Source of the DNA: Desulfarculales bacterium
GTDB lineage: Bacteria > Desulfobacterota > Desulfarculia > Desulfarculales > Desulfarculaceae
Assembly: GCA_031267815.1 (NCBI GenBank)
Contig: JAIRYI010000037.1
Coordinates: 8,471 to 72,470, forward strand
Length of the DNA stretch: 64,000 nucleotides
Direction: 5' to 3'
Positions 6,762-16,730 of the stretch are shown piece after piece (positions within the stretch are counted from its first letter, which is position 1; each line of letters starts with the position of its first letter). The translations under genes and the position numbers were made by a program. Under the pieces are notes generated by a model. It was not told where the DNA came from and did no database searches. It saw nothing but the letters and a program-made list of their open reading frames with translations.

Positions 6762-8855
6762 TTAGCCCTTATTATCCTCATTTTCCCTGATATTGTCAGC
6801 CTGGGTTATGGTCGCCAATTTTTGTTTGCGGGCGCGCCGCCGGGCGCTGCCTGAACGGCGGCTGCGTTTTCCCGGACCGGGATCCGTATCCCCCTTTTCT
6901 CCCCCAGCGGGTTCAGCAAGCGCAGGCCCGGATACCGGGGGAGAAGATGAATTAACGGGTTCGGCCTGCTTTTTCGCGGCGCTATGCCGTCTTTTTCTTT
7001 CACTGCTTTTAATATTGGGGACAGAATTACCTTTTTCTTCCCCCTCTCTGTCAGATCCGGCCTTCAGTTGGGTTCTGGGCGGCGCGGCATGCTGTTTCCT
7101 TTTGGCTGGGGGAGAAGCGGTCTCTTTTCCTTCACCTTTTTGGTTCTGAATGGCTTCTTTTTCTACCGGGTCAGTATTTTTTATTTTCTCTGGCAGGCGT
7201 TCCGCATCTTTTTTCTTTTCCGTTTTTTCCGCATTATCAAATTTGGGGGCAGCGGTCTGAGTTTTTGCGTTCCGCTCATTGTTAAGAGGCGGTTTACGGG
7301 CTGCCCGGCCGCTTGGCCGGTTTTCCTTATAAGATTGGCGGGGCGAAATTTTACTCTGCTCAGCCGTTGACTCGATATTATTATCCTCACCCCGTAACGG
7401 AGGAGAGGACTCCACCTGCCATTGGCCCGCCCCCAGGCGGCTGTCGGCTATAACTTCCAAATGAATATGATGCTCTTCTTCCAGGGAGGCCAGTTTGGCC
7501 CGGCGCTGATTTTGCAGATAATGGGCTATTTCCGGACTGACCGCAAGCCTGACGTCTTTCTGGCCCAATTGCCGGCCAAGCCCGCGTAAAACCAGGCGGG
7601 CCGCGGCCTCGGTGGTTCTCACCAGGCCCCTGCCCTGGCAATGGGGGCAGGTCATAATATCCCCATGGTCAATAGAGGGACGAATGCGCTGGCGCGATAA
7701 CTCCAACAGGCCGAAACGGCTTAAACGGCCCAGGTCTGTTTTGGCCTTATCTTTTTTCAAGGCCTCTTTTAAAGCCTTCTGCACTTCTGTTTTGGCTTTG
7801 TTATCGCGCATATCAATAAAATCAATTACCACCAGCCCGCCCAAATCCCGCAGGCGCAGCTGCCGGGCAATCTCTTCCGCCGCCTCCAGGTTGACCGCCA
7901 GAGCCGTCTCTTCCAGCTCCTTGCCTTTTAAGGCTTTACCCGAATTTACATCAACAGACACCAAAGCTTCAGTGGAATGAATAATTAAACTGCCTCCCCC
8001 CGGCAAATTGACCCGCGGGCTGTAGATATCTTCCAGTTGTTTTTCTATATCGTATTTGGCAAAGATAGGCCTTTGTTCCCGGTACAGGCGCAAGGCGCTC
8101 ACCCGCTTGGGATTGACCAGGGTGATAAAAGTACGGATATTTTCCAGCACTTCCTGATTGTCCACCAAAATTTCGTCCACATCGTTAGTGAATAAATCGC
8201 GCACCGTACGCACAGCCAGCTCTTCCTCGCAATTGATCAGGCTGCGCGGCGCGGCGGTTTCACTTTTTTTTAATATTTCCTGGAACAGGCGCAACAGGAG
8301 TTTGGCGCTGGCCGTCAGTTCGCGTTTACTGCGCCCGGCAGCGGCGGTCCGGGCTATGATTCCCAAATTAGCCGGCAATTTTAATTCAGCCAGGATAGCT
8401 TTCAAACGTTTACGTTCTGCCTCATCTTCCAGTTTACGCGATACTCCGGCCAAATGGCGGCCCATGGTCAACACCAGAGCTTGTCCCGGCACCGAAAGAT
8501 AGGTGGTCAGAGAAGAACCTTTGCCGCCTATAGGCTCTTTTACCACCTGCACCAACAGTTCCTGGCCGCGGCGCAATATCTCTTTAACGGACAAATCCTG
8601 ACTCTGATCACTGTCCGGCCATAAACCGGGTTCGATATCTCCAAATTGCAGGAAACCGTGCCGGGGCTGGCCATAATCAATAAACGCCGCTCCCAGACTG
8701 GGCTCAATATTAACTACGACCCCTTTATAAATATTGCCCCTGGTCTGCCGGCTGGCTTTAGTTTCTACATAAAATGCCTCCAGATGACCGTCTTCCACAA
8801 CAGCTACTCTGATATCTTCCGGATCCTGGGCGTTAATTAACATTTTTTGCGTCAT
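6762..8855 (-). CDS. rne: Ribonuclease E/G family (RNase E-like, basic disordered C-terminal tail)
   Basis: N-terminal S1/catalytic domain (MLINAQDPEDIRVAVVEDG, GNIYKGVVVNIEPSLGAAFIDYG, VVIDFIDM, CPHCQGRG zinc link), then a ~200-aa K/R/P/E-rich tail. Confidence 0.9.
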   Translation of the reverse strand: MTQKMLINAQDPEDIRVAVVEDGHLEAFYVETKASRQTRGNIYKGVVVNIEPSLGAAFIDYGQPRHGFLQFGDIEPGLWPDSDQSQDLSVKEILRRGQELLVQVVKEPIGGKGSSLTTYLSVPGQALVLTMGRHLAGVSRKLEDEAERKRLKAILAELKLPANLGIIARTAAAGRSKRELTASAKLLLRLFQEILKKSETAAPRSLINCEEELAVRTVRDLFTNDVDEILVDNQEVLENIRTFITLVNPKRVSALRLYREQRPIFAKYDIEKQLEDIYSPRVNLPGGGSLIIHSTEALVSVDVNSGKALKGKELEETALAVNLEAAEEIARQLRLRDLGGLVVIDFIDMRDNKAKTEVQKALKEALKKDKAKTDLGRLSRFGLLELSRQRIRPSIDHGDIMTCPHCQGRGLVRTTEAAARLVLRGLGRQLGQKDVRLAVSPEIAHYLQNQRRAKLASLEEEHHIHLEVIADSRLGAGQWQVESSPPLRGEDNNIESTAEQSKISPRQSYKENRPSGRAARKPPLNNERNAKTQTAAPKFDNAEKTEKKKDAERLPEKIKNTDPVEKEAIQNQKGEGKETASPPAKRKQHAAPPRTQLKAGSDREGEEKGNSVPNIKSSERKRRHSAAKKQAEPVNSSSPPVSGPALAEPAGGEKGDTDPGPGKRSRRSGSARRRARKQKLATITQADNIRENEDNKG

Positions 8856-8858
8856 AAT

Positions 8859-11342
8859 TTATTCTTTCACCATACTATATTTGCACTCAGAATTTGGACA
8901 AAGCAGACTGCTTTTACCCTGACGGGTTACTTTCTCCAGCATAATTTTGCCTCCGCAGGCAGGGCAGATATGGTCAACAGGTTTATCCCAGGAAGCAAAT
9001 TTACATTCGGGATAATTATTGCAGCCGTAAAAAGCCTTTCCCCGCCGGGAACGCTTTTCCGTCAACTGTCCGCCGCATTCCGGACAGGCCACATCCAAAG
9101 GCGGGCTAGTGGCATAACGGCATTTGGGGTAAGCGGAACAGGCAATGAATTTGTTGCCGGCGCGCGAAGTGCGCAAAAGCAGGGCGGATCCGCACTTGGG
9201 GCATTTATCTTTCAACTCTTCCCAGGAAGATGCTTCCATTGGCTGCCCGTTGGCGTCCAGGGGAATGTTATTACGGCATTTGGGATAGGCGGAACAGGCC
9301 AGGAAAAGGCCGAAACGGCCTTTTTTAACAATCATGGGCGCCCCGCATTTATCGCATTTTTCTTCCGGTAACTCCGGCCCCGCCACCGGTATAACCGCGC
9401 CTTTGTCATCACGTTCAAAATCACTGGTATAATTGCACTCCGGCCAGGCGGAGCAGGCTAAAAATTCACCGTGCTTGCCCAAGCGGATATTAAGCGGGCG
9501 GGCGCAATGCGGGCAATCTATACCCGCGGGCAGGCCTTTGCCTTTGACCTGGCGCATCTGAATCTTGGCCTTATTCAGAGCCGCGGAAAACGGCTGATAA
9601 AAAACGCGTAAAAGTTTTTTCCAGTCTTCCTTGCCTTCCTCTACCTGATCCAAAGAATCTTCCAGCCGGGCGGTAAAATTAACTTCCATTACCTGGGGAA
9701 AATTCTCCACCAGGAGATCATTGACAATTTCTCCCAGGCTGGTGGGCACAAGATAACGGCGGTTATACTTGGCCGCGTATTCTTTGTCTTGCAGGGTGGA
9801 CAGAATAGAGGCATAGGTGGAAGGACGGCCAATACCCTTGTCTTCCAGTTCTTTCACCAGGCTGGCCTCGGTAAAACGGGGGGGCGGCTGGGTAAAATGC
9901 TGTTTCGGCAAAAACTTGAGATTGACAAGAGTCTGCCCTTCCTCCAAAGGAGGCAGATTAAGCGGTTCTTCGTCATTCTGGCTTTTGCCTTTTTGCCCTT
10001 CGTCATAACCTTCCACATATACCGCGGTAAAACCGGGAAAACGCATAACCTGGCCGCTGGCCCGCCACAAACCTGGCCCGGACTGTATATCGACCTGAGT
10101 CTGGTCATAAACGGCCATAGCCATCTGACAGGACACAAAACGGTTCCAGATCAGGCGATAAAGAGCCAATTCATCTTTTTTTAAATACTTCAGTAACGAT
10201 TCAGGCGTCCGCAGCACACTGGTGGGACGAATAGCCTCGTGAGCCTCCTGGGCCATGGCTTTGGCTTTATATACTTGCGGGCGGGAAGGCACATATTCCG
10301 GGCCAAAACGTTTGGCTATAAACGCGCGGACGTCCTTAACCGCCTCCTCCGCCAGACGGGTGGAATCAGTACGCATATAAGTAATAAGCCCCATCTGGCC
10401 TTCTTCGGTCTCCTGCCCTTCATAGAGTTTCTGGGCCAGGGACATGGTTCGTTTAGGCTCAAAGCCAAGTTTACGAAAAGCTTCCTGCTGCAAGGTGGAA
10501 GTAATGAAGGGGGCGGCGGGAGCGGTTTTGCGTTCACGCCGGATGATCTTGTTAACCGTAAATGCCTGCCCCTGCAGAGAGGCCATGGCCTGTTCTGTTT
10601 CATCCTGACTGTGAGGATCAAATTTTTTATCGTTAAGGCGCTGCAGTCTGGCTTTGAACAAAGGCGGGTTACAAGCCTGCAACTCGCTTTCCAGGGTCCA
10701 ATATTCCTCGCTGATAAAAGATTTAACGGCCCTTTCCCGTTCCACCACCAGGCGCAATGCCACCGATTGCACCCGGCCGGCGGAAAGTCCCCGTTTAACT
10801 TTATCCCACAGCAACGGAGATATCTGATAACCCACCAGGCGGTCCAAAACCCGCCGGGCCTGCTGACTGTTAAAGCTGTTCTCGTTCAAATGCTGAGGAT
10901 GCTGTACGGCTTTCAATATGGCCGGTTTGGTCAATTCATGAAATAATACCCGGTGATATTTTTCAGGGTCACCTCCCAACTGACGGGCAATATGCCAGGC
11001 AATGGCCTCGCCTTCCCGGTCCGGGTCAGGCGCCAGATATATGGCTTCAGCCTGGCGGGCCGCCCTTTGCAATTCCCTGACAATTTTTTCTTTTCCTTCA
11101 ATAACTTGATATTCCGGAGAAAAATCGTGTTCCAGATCCACCCCCAAACGGTTGGGAGGCAGATCCATCACATGGCCGAGAGAGGCCTTGACCTCAAAAT
11201 CGGAACCAAGATATTTGTTTATGGTTTTAGCTTTTGCCGGTGATTCAACAATTAATAATGCTTTACTCAATTTTTTTGAATCCTTGTACCTGGGGAATAA
11301 GGCAAATACCCCACTGCAGATACCCTGTGCCGTGATAGGCAA
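8859..11342 (-). CDS. topA: DNA topoisomerase I
   Basis: Toprim start LLIVESPAKAKTINKYLG, active-site region GLITYMRTDS, and four C-terminal CxxC..CxxC zinc fingers. The real start is probably TTG at 11270 (MSKALLIVESP), preceded by AAGGA. Confidence 0.93.
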   Translation of the reverse strand: MPITAQGICSGVFALFPRYKDSKKLSKALLIVESPAKAKTINKYLGSDFEVKASLGHVMDLPPNRLGVDLEHDFSPEYQVIEGKEKIVRELQRAARQAEAIYLAPDPDREGEAIAWHIARQLGGDPEKYHRVLFHELTKPAILKAVQHPQHLNENSFNSQQARRVLDRLVGYQISPLLWDKVKRGLSAGRVQSVALRLVVERERAVKSFISEEYWTLESELQACNPPLFKARLQRLNDKKFDPHSQDETEQAMASLQGQAFTVNKIIRRERKTAPAAPFITSTLQQEAFRKLGFEPKRTMSLAQKLYEGQETEEGQMGLITYMRTDSTRLAEEAVKDVRAFIAKRFGPEYVPSRPQVYKAKAMAQEAHEAIRPTSVLRTPESLLKYLKKDELALYRLIWNRFVSCQMAMAVYDQTQVDIQSGPGLWRASGQVMRFPGFTAVYVEGYDEGQKGKSQNDEEPLNLPPLEEGQTLVNLKFLPKQHFTQPPPRFTEASLVKELEDKGIGRPSTYASILSTLQDKEYAAKYNRRYLVPTSLGEIVNDLLVENFPQVMEVNFTARLEDSLDQVEEGKEDWKKLLRVFYQPFSAALNKAKIQMRQVKGKGLPAGIDCPHCARPLNIRLGKHGEFLACSAWPECNYTSDFERDDKGAVIPVAGPELPEEKCDKCGAPMIVKKGRFGLFLACSAYPKCRNNIPLDANGQPMEASSWEELKDKCPKCGSALLLRTSRAGNKFIACSAYPKCRYATSPPLDVACPECGGQLTEKRSRRGKAFYGCNNYPECKFASWDKPVDHICPACGGKIMLEKVTRQGKSSLLCPNSECKYSMVKE

Positions 11343-11394
11343 TAATAAGAATTTATTTATGATGCCGCTTTAATATTTTTCAGGCCCGACGGTC

Positions 11395-12498
11395 TTACAA
11401 GCGCACATAATGCTGTCCGGGAAGCTGATCCACATACCCGTTAATTTCCAGCTCCACCAGTATAACCATTACCTCCTGACTGCTGAGCCCGCTTTGCCTG
11501 ATGACAGCATCAATATGTAGTGGCTCAATGTTTATCAAATTCAAAATATTAGCATGTTGGGCGGGAAGGTCAAGCCCTGACCGGGAAGGGATAATTTTGA
11601 ATTCTGTTTTATGGGAGGCGTCTCCCTGGGGAGACAAAGGCAAAAAAGCAAGCAGATCATCAACTGAAGTCAAAATATTAGCCCCCTGGCGCAACAATTC
11701 ATGGCATCCCTGACTAAGCGGGCTGTGGACCGGACCGGGGACAGCGAAAATTTCCCGTCCCTGCTCTAAGCCATGACGCGCTGTGATCAACGAACCGCTC
11801 CGTAAAGAGGCTTCCACAACGACAATCGCCTGACTCATGCCGGCAATGATCCGGTTACGCACCGGAAACAAACCCGGCTTGGGAGGATTATTGATAAGAT
11901 ATTCGCTTATTACCGCTCCCTGGCGGCTCATTTCGGCAATAAGGGCGGCATTCTCCCGCGGGTAAACATAATCCAGACTACAGGCCAATATCCCTATACT
12001 GTAGTTTCCGGCAGCCAAAGCCCCCCGGTGGGCCGCGGCGTCTATTCCCCGGGCAAGGCCTGAAACCACGCTTATGCCTTGGGCCGCCAATCCCCGGCCC
12101 AATTCTTCCGCTATCTTTTGTCCATAACCGGTAGGCAGCCGTGAACCCACCACCGCCACCGCCGGAGTATGCCTGAGCTGGCCTTTCATAAACAAAACCG
12201 GCGGAGGGTTGGGGATATGCCGTAAATAACAGGGATAATCCTGATCATCCATAATCAGCATACGTGCGGTCAGGCGTTCCAGGGCTTCCAAATGAGCCTG
12301 CAGATGGTTCAAATATTTTTTACCGGCAATGCTGTCGGCAATTTCCCGGCTCACGCCTCTGACTTGTTGCAATTGCTTGCCGCCGGCGCCCAGAACCGCG
12401 CCCGCTGAACCAAAATGGCGCACCAAGCGCCCAAAAATCAGGCTCCCCAGCCGGGACACCAATTTGAGCTTCAGCCAATCCAGGTGTGTTTCGTCCAA
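11395..12498 (-). CDS. dprA: DNA-processing protein DprA (Smf)
   Basis: N-terminal SAM-like region, Rossmann DprA core (VAVVGSRLPTGYG, VVSGLARGIDAAAH, GSLITA, EIFAVPG) and C-terminal winged-helix-like domain. Confidence 0.88.
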   Translation of the reverse strand: MDETHLDWLKLKLVSRLGSLIFGRLVRHFGSAGAVLGAGGKQLQQVRGVSREIADSIAGKKYLNHLQAHLEALERLTARMLIMDDQDYPCYLRHIPNPPPVLFMKGQLRHTPAVAVVGSRLPTGYGQKIAEELGRGLAAQGISVVSGLARGIDAAAHRGALAAGNYSIGILACSLDYVYPRENAALIAEMSRQGAVISEYLINNPPKPGLFPVRNRIIAGMSQAIVVVEASLRSGSLITARHGLEQGREIFAVPGPVHSPLSQGCHELLRQGANILTSVDDLLAFLPLSPQGDASHKTEFKIIPSRSGLDLPAQHANILNLINIEPLHIDAVIRQSGLSSQEVMVILVELEINGYVDQLPGQHYVRL

Positions 12499-12762
12499 TA
12501 AAACCTCATTTGCGATATAAACCCTGGCATATGCCCCGCTTAACCGTCATACTTCATTAAACAGGCGCCAGAGATATACTGCCTGATTGCGGCAGGCAAC
12601 CCCATACTTAACTTATAGCAGGCTTTAAGGTCACTGCCAAAAAACAGAACGCGCCTCGGGCTATGGTTTTAAACCGGAACCGCTCCCGGCGGCAACATGT
12701 CAAGCCCCACTGACGCCAATGCCCGCTTTCCAGATAAACACTGTATCGGTTAAAAAGCGTCT

Positions 12763-14250
12763 ATGCAAGTCAAAGCCAGATTAATTTCCGTTATTATTTT
12801 CATTATAATGTTATGCTCTCACGCCCTGACAGCAAACGCGCAGGGTCTGGCCGTGGTGGTCAACGCCGGCGCGGTCATGGAAGAAGTATGGCAGGGCAGC
12901 ACCCGCGGCCAGGAACTCAGAGCAGCCCTGCAATTGACCTTGGGCGCTTTACCCGCCGACATACCCTGGTATATGCACTGGGTCAATGAAACGCCCATAT
13001 TATTTGACCGCGATAACTGGCCCCGTTTACAGCCGGAGCCGGTACTCAAAGGCAGCGGCCAGGGAGAAAAATTTACTTTGGCTCTGCAGCAGGCATGTTC
13101 CTGGCTGCTGGAAAATCAAGGCGGATCTTTATTGATAATAAGCGCCGGCCCTCTGCAATTCCAGGCCGGCGTCAGCCGCGAATTGGCTAAAAATAATTTA
13201 TTCTGTCACGCCTTAAGCTTAGGCCTGGAAGATGACGGCGGGATCAAAGCTCTGGCCCTGCAGGGAGGCGGAGGATATCTGGCCGTTAGCAACGCCCGCC
13301 GGATGCTGCCTTTTTTGAATTCTTCACTGGCAAACGCCCTGGCCCCAGGACGGCTGTTTATTGCCGTTAACAGCCAGGACAATACCCCCCTGCCTATGGT
13401 ACTGGGATTAACCCGCCAAAATCACAATGAAAAATCGCGGGACGTCTTGAGCAACCGCTGGCTGCAGCTTGATTTGGGCGGATATGGACTTGAATGGCCC
13501 CGTGACTACTCTCCTCTGCCCCGGTCGGAGACCCTGCCTAAAAGGGTTTCCGTGCTGAATGACGCAACTATTCTAAATGTGGGCGGAAGCGGCCGGATAA
13601 AATTATCCAGTTTGGACGGCAATGAGGTTGAACTGAATTGGCCTTTGGCTTTGGCCGAAGTGAATACGGGCAAATTGCTGGTAAACAAGCGATACGCCCC
13701 TTTCAGCCTTGATTTGCCCGCCGGAGAATACCGGGCTTATACCACCGCCAATCCTCACCAGGATTGGCGTTTCCAGCTGGCAGCCGGACAAGTTCTGGAA
13801 AAAATATTCGGGCCTCCCGGCAGTCTGCTGGTAACACTGACCGGGCCGGGGCGCAACCAGTTAAACGCCGCTTTTACTCTTGCTGCGGACGGAGACAGCG
13901 CCGGTTACCGGAGAGGTCAGACCGGCCGGCGTATAATGGCCGATCCTGGGCATTATTATCTGGAGGTGCAGATTATTCCTCCGCTTAGAGAAGAAGTGGA
14001 GATCAAACCGCAGGCCCGGATTGAACTTAATTTACCGCCCGCGGGCATCTTACGAGTCAACCGGGAGAGCGCTGTTATCCGCGGTTTTGAAATACGGGAC
14101 AGTAAAGATAACCGGCTCCTGGGCATGGGAAAGGAAAACCGGGAATTCATACTGCAACCCGGAGCCTACAGACTCTGTTGGCCGGCCGGCCGGAAAGAGA
14201 TGGAAGTGGAAATCCTTCCCGGGCAGGTGAATATACAAACCGGGCCTTGA
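12763..14250 (+). CDS. Secreted hypothetical protein: vWA-like domain with degenerate MIDAS plus four beta-sandwich-like repeats
   Basis: Signal peptide ending ALTANAQG. vWA-like pattern LAVVVNAGAVM...LLIISAG...GGGGYLAV. Repeated PGxYxL-type modules (GGYGLEW, AGEYRAY, PGHYYLEV, PGAYRLCW). Confidence 0.6.
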   Translation: MQVKARLISVIIFIIMLCSHALTANAQGLAVVVNAGAVMEEVWQGSTRGQELRAALQLTLGALPADIPWYMHWVNETPILFDRDNWPRLQPEPVLKGSGQGEKFTLALQQACSWLLENQGGSLLIISAGPLQFQAGVSRELAKNNLFCHALSLGLEDDGGIKALALQGGGGYLAVSNARRMLPFLNSSLANALAPGRLFIAVNSQDNTPLPMVLGLTRQNHNEKSRDVLSNRWLQLDLGGYGLEWPRDYSPLPRSETLPKRVSVLNDATILNVGGSGRIKLSSLDGNEVELNWPLALAEVNTGKLLVNKRYAPFSLDLPAGEYRAYTTANPHQDWRFQLAAGQVLEKIFGPPGSLLVTLTGPGRNQLNAAFTLAADGDSAGYRRGQTGRRIMADPGHYYLEVQIIPPLREEVEIKPQARIELNLPPAGILRVNRESAVIRGFEIRDSKDNRLLGMGKENREFILQPGAYRLCWPAGRKEMEVEILPGQVNIQTGP

Positions 14251-14304
14251 ATCATTGGAACCAATCCGGCGGCGCCGGCCGGGGCGGGACTCAAACGGTT
14301 ATTG

Positions 14305-15618
14305 TCAAATAACCAGCCAGTGGAGGCCGCGGCCTCTTTTCAGCAAAATCTTTATCTGGCCGCCGCTTTGCCGGGAAGACATGGCCTCCACCAAATCCTC
14401 CGGCCGGTTCAAACTTATATCCCCTATCCGCAAAACCACATCGCCTGTTTTCAAACCGAGGGAGGAGGCTCTGTCCGCGCTGCGGGCAATGGCTATTCCT
14501 CCGTTAGTAGCCGGTTTATTTTCCAGAATTATACCCGTGCGCGCGGTGAACAGAAGCATAGCCTGCGGCAAAGCGAATTTCTCCGCTTTCACTTTAAGCT
14601 CAAAAATGCCAGTCTGAACACGGTAAAGAGTAAGATTAACCTCCTGCTCCGGCAGCAGGGATTTCAGAGCTAAAATATAATCAGCCACCGACAAAGCCGG
14701 CCAGTCATCAAGGGCCAGTAAAATGTCTCCCTCTTTGACGCCGGCCCGCGCTGCCGGGGTGGCGCTAATCACCCGGCTGATCGGCAGGCTGGCTTCCTGT
14801 CCCGCCGCGGGAGGAGTATCCAGGCCTCCCTCCTCCACCAGCATACCCAGCCACACCGGCGCGGGAGGATTGTCGCCCCGGTTCAGGAGCGACGCCACCC
14901 GTTTGACCTTGTTGATGGGAATGGCAAAGCCAATGCCTTGAGCGGAGGCGTTTACCGCCGTGTTGATGCCGATCACCTCGCCGGCCAAATTCAGCATGGG
15001 GCCGCCGGAATTGCCGGGATTAATGCTGGCGTCAGTTTGAATCAAATCGCTCAGGTAGTCATCCTGGCCTATACGAATACGGCGGTGCAAGGCGCTTACG
15101 ACCCCCACCGTGACAGTGTGGGAAAAGCCATAAGGATTGCCAATGGCTATAACCTGCTCGGCGATCATGATACCGTCAGAGTCTCCCAGAGGCGCCTGGG
15201 GCAATGAACTGTCCACCTGTAACAGAGCAATATCATTGCCCGGATCCGCTCCCAGAAGGCGGGCCGGATACTCCTGTTTATCGCTGAGTTGCACGGTAAT
15301 ATGCTCCGCCGCCTGCACCACATGGCTGTTAGTGACAATTAACCCCCCCGCCCCGTCAATAACCACCCCGCTGCCCAAACTCCCTCTCTGCCGGGAACTG
15401 GGGAACATATTGTTGAATATTTCATCCACAACCGGATCCCCGGTGCTGATCATCATTGTCTGCCGGCCTGGCATGGTGGTGGATATATTGACCACTCCCG
15501 GCCCTGCCGCCCTGACTGCCGTAACCAAAGGCGTAACCCGCCCGCTCTCGGCGGCATGGGCCGGAAGGGCCGCCAATAATAAAAGAAGAGCTATCCGCCC
15601 CGATAATTTTAAGACCAA
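14305..15618 (-). CDS. Do/DegP/DegQ-family periplasmic serine endoprotease with two PDZ domains
   Basis: Signal peptide and trypsin-like triad context (TNSHVV, DIALLQV, GNSGGPMLN), followed by ~190 aa of PDZ-like sequence. The TTG start overlaps the htpX stop by 10 nt. Confidence 0.88.
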   Translation of the reverse strand: MVLKLSGRIALLLLLAALPAHAAESGRVTPLVTAVRAAGPGVVNISTTMPGRQTMMISTGDPVVDEIFNNMFPSSRQRGSLGSGVVIDGAGGLIVTNSHVVQAAEHITVQLSDKQEYPARLLGADPGNDIALLQVDSSLPQAPLGDSDGIMIAEQVIAIGNPYGFSHTVTVGVVSALHRRIRIGQDDYLSDLIQTDASINPGNSGGPMLNLAGEVIGINTAVNASAQGIGFAIPINKVKRVASLLNRGDNPPAPVWLGMLVEEGGLDTPPAAGQEASLPISRVISATPAARAGVKEGDILLALDDWPALSVADYILALKSLLPEQEVNLTLYRVQTGIFELKVKAEKFALPQAMLLFTARTGIILENKPATNGGIAIARSADRASSLGLKTGDVVLRIGDISLNRPEDLVEAMSSRQSGGQIKILLKRGRGLHWLVI

Positions 15619-16607
15619 TCTATCTTTCCTCCCTCGGAATATTTATTGTCCTTAACGCTTTTTTTCCGGCCCGGCGCGTCACGTAAGGACGGTTGGGAAT
15701 TATATTGCCCGGAGTGAGAAGACAGATTGGAATAATCGCGTATTTCTCCGCCTGTCACCTGGACGGAAGGCGCGGTCATCGCCTGTAAACGGGCAATCCG
15801 CTCCGCGATTGGGGGATGGGTGGAAAACAGACTCATCAGCCCGCCGCCATGCAACGGGTTTACCGTAAACATGTGGGCGGTCTGAGGCGAGGCCGGCATG
15901 GGCACGCTTTTGCCATACTGATCCAGTTTATTTAAAGCAGACGCCAAGGCGCCGGGATCATGGCTGATGGCCGCCCCACTGGCATCGGCCATATATTCCC
16001 GTCTCCGGCTCACCGCCATCTGGATAATCATGGCCCCCAGAGGCGCCAGAAACGATAAAAGCAGCAAAATGGCGTTGCTTCCTCCCCGGTTGTCGCGGTT
16101 ATTGCCGCCCAGCAGCGCGCTGTAACGGGCCATGTTGGCCAGAATCATAACCGCTCCGGCCAAGGTGGCGGCAACAGAGCCAATCAGAATATCCCGGTGT
16201 TTGACATGGGACAGTTCATGGGCCAGCACTCCTTTCAATTCCCGCTTGTTCAGCAGATTCAGCAGGCCCTCGGTCACCGCCACCACCGCATGTTCCGGAT
16301 TGCGGCCGGTAGCAAAAGCGTTAGGAGACGGGTTGGGAATAATGCATACCTGGGGCATGGGCAGACCGGCCTCCAAAGCCAGGGTATTCACCAGTCCATA
16401 TAACTCCGGAGCTTCAGTTTGACTCACGGGCCTGGCTTTATAAGCTTTGAGCACAATGCGGTCGGAAAACCAGTAAGAAAAAAAATTCATGGCCATGGCT
16501 ATGATAAAAGCAATTATCATACCCTGCCGCCCCCCCAGGAGGTTGCCTGCCCATACCAGCATCAAGGTCAGCAGACCAAGGAAAAAAAATGTCTTAAGGC
16601 CGTTCAT
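15609..16607 (-). CDS. htpX: Zinc metalloprotease HtpX (M48) with C-terminal extension
   Basis: Two N-terminal TM helices, HELSHVKHRD zinc motif, further TM pair, EYMAD. A ~50-aa polar tail is unusual for HtpX. Confidence 0.9.
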   Translation of the reverse strand: MNGLKTFFFLGLLTLMLVWAGNLLGGRQGMIIAFIIAMAMNFFSYWFSDRIVLKAYKARPVSQTEAPELYGLVNTLALEAGLPMPQVCIIPNPSPNAFATGRNPEHAVVAVTEGLLNLLNKRELKGVLAHELSHVKHRDILIGSVAATLAGAVMILANMARYSALLGGNNRDNRGGSNAILLLLSFLAPLGAMIIQMAVSRRREYMADASGAAISHDPGALASALNKLDQYGKSVPMPASPQTAHMFTVNPLHGGGLMSLFSTHPPIAERIARLQAMTAPSVQVTGGEIRDYSNLSSHSGQYNSQPSLRDAPGRKKSVKDNKYSEGGKIDWS

Positions 16608-16730
16608 AGCTATCCTTAAAAAATGAAAATCCGCCGTATTGCGGGACTGTTATAATTTAATGCTTTTTATACGCCCGTCAAGCCGCAAAGACCGTCCGGC
16701 ATTTCTCCCTCGTGAACAGGTAAACCGGTT

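Noticed and set aside
12525-12541. sigma54-like TGGCAT-N5-CCGCT upstream of the 495-aa secreted protein gene
   Set aside because: GG-N10-GC spacing is right, but the -12 element deviates (CCGC versus TTGC) and it lies ~220 nt from the start. That is too weak to call.
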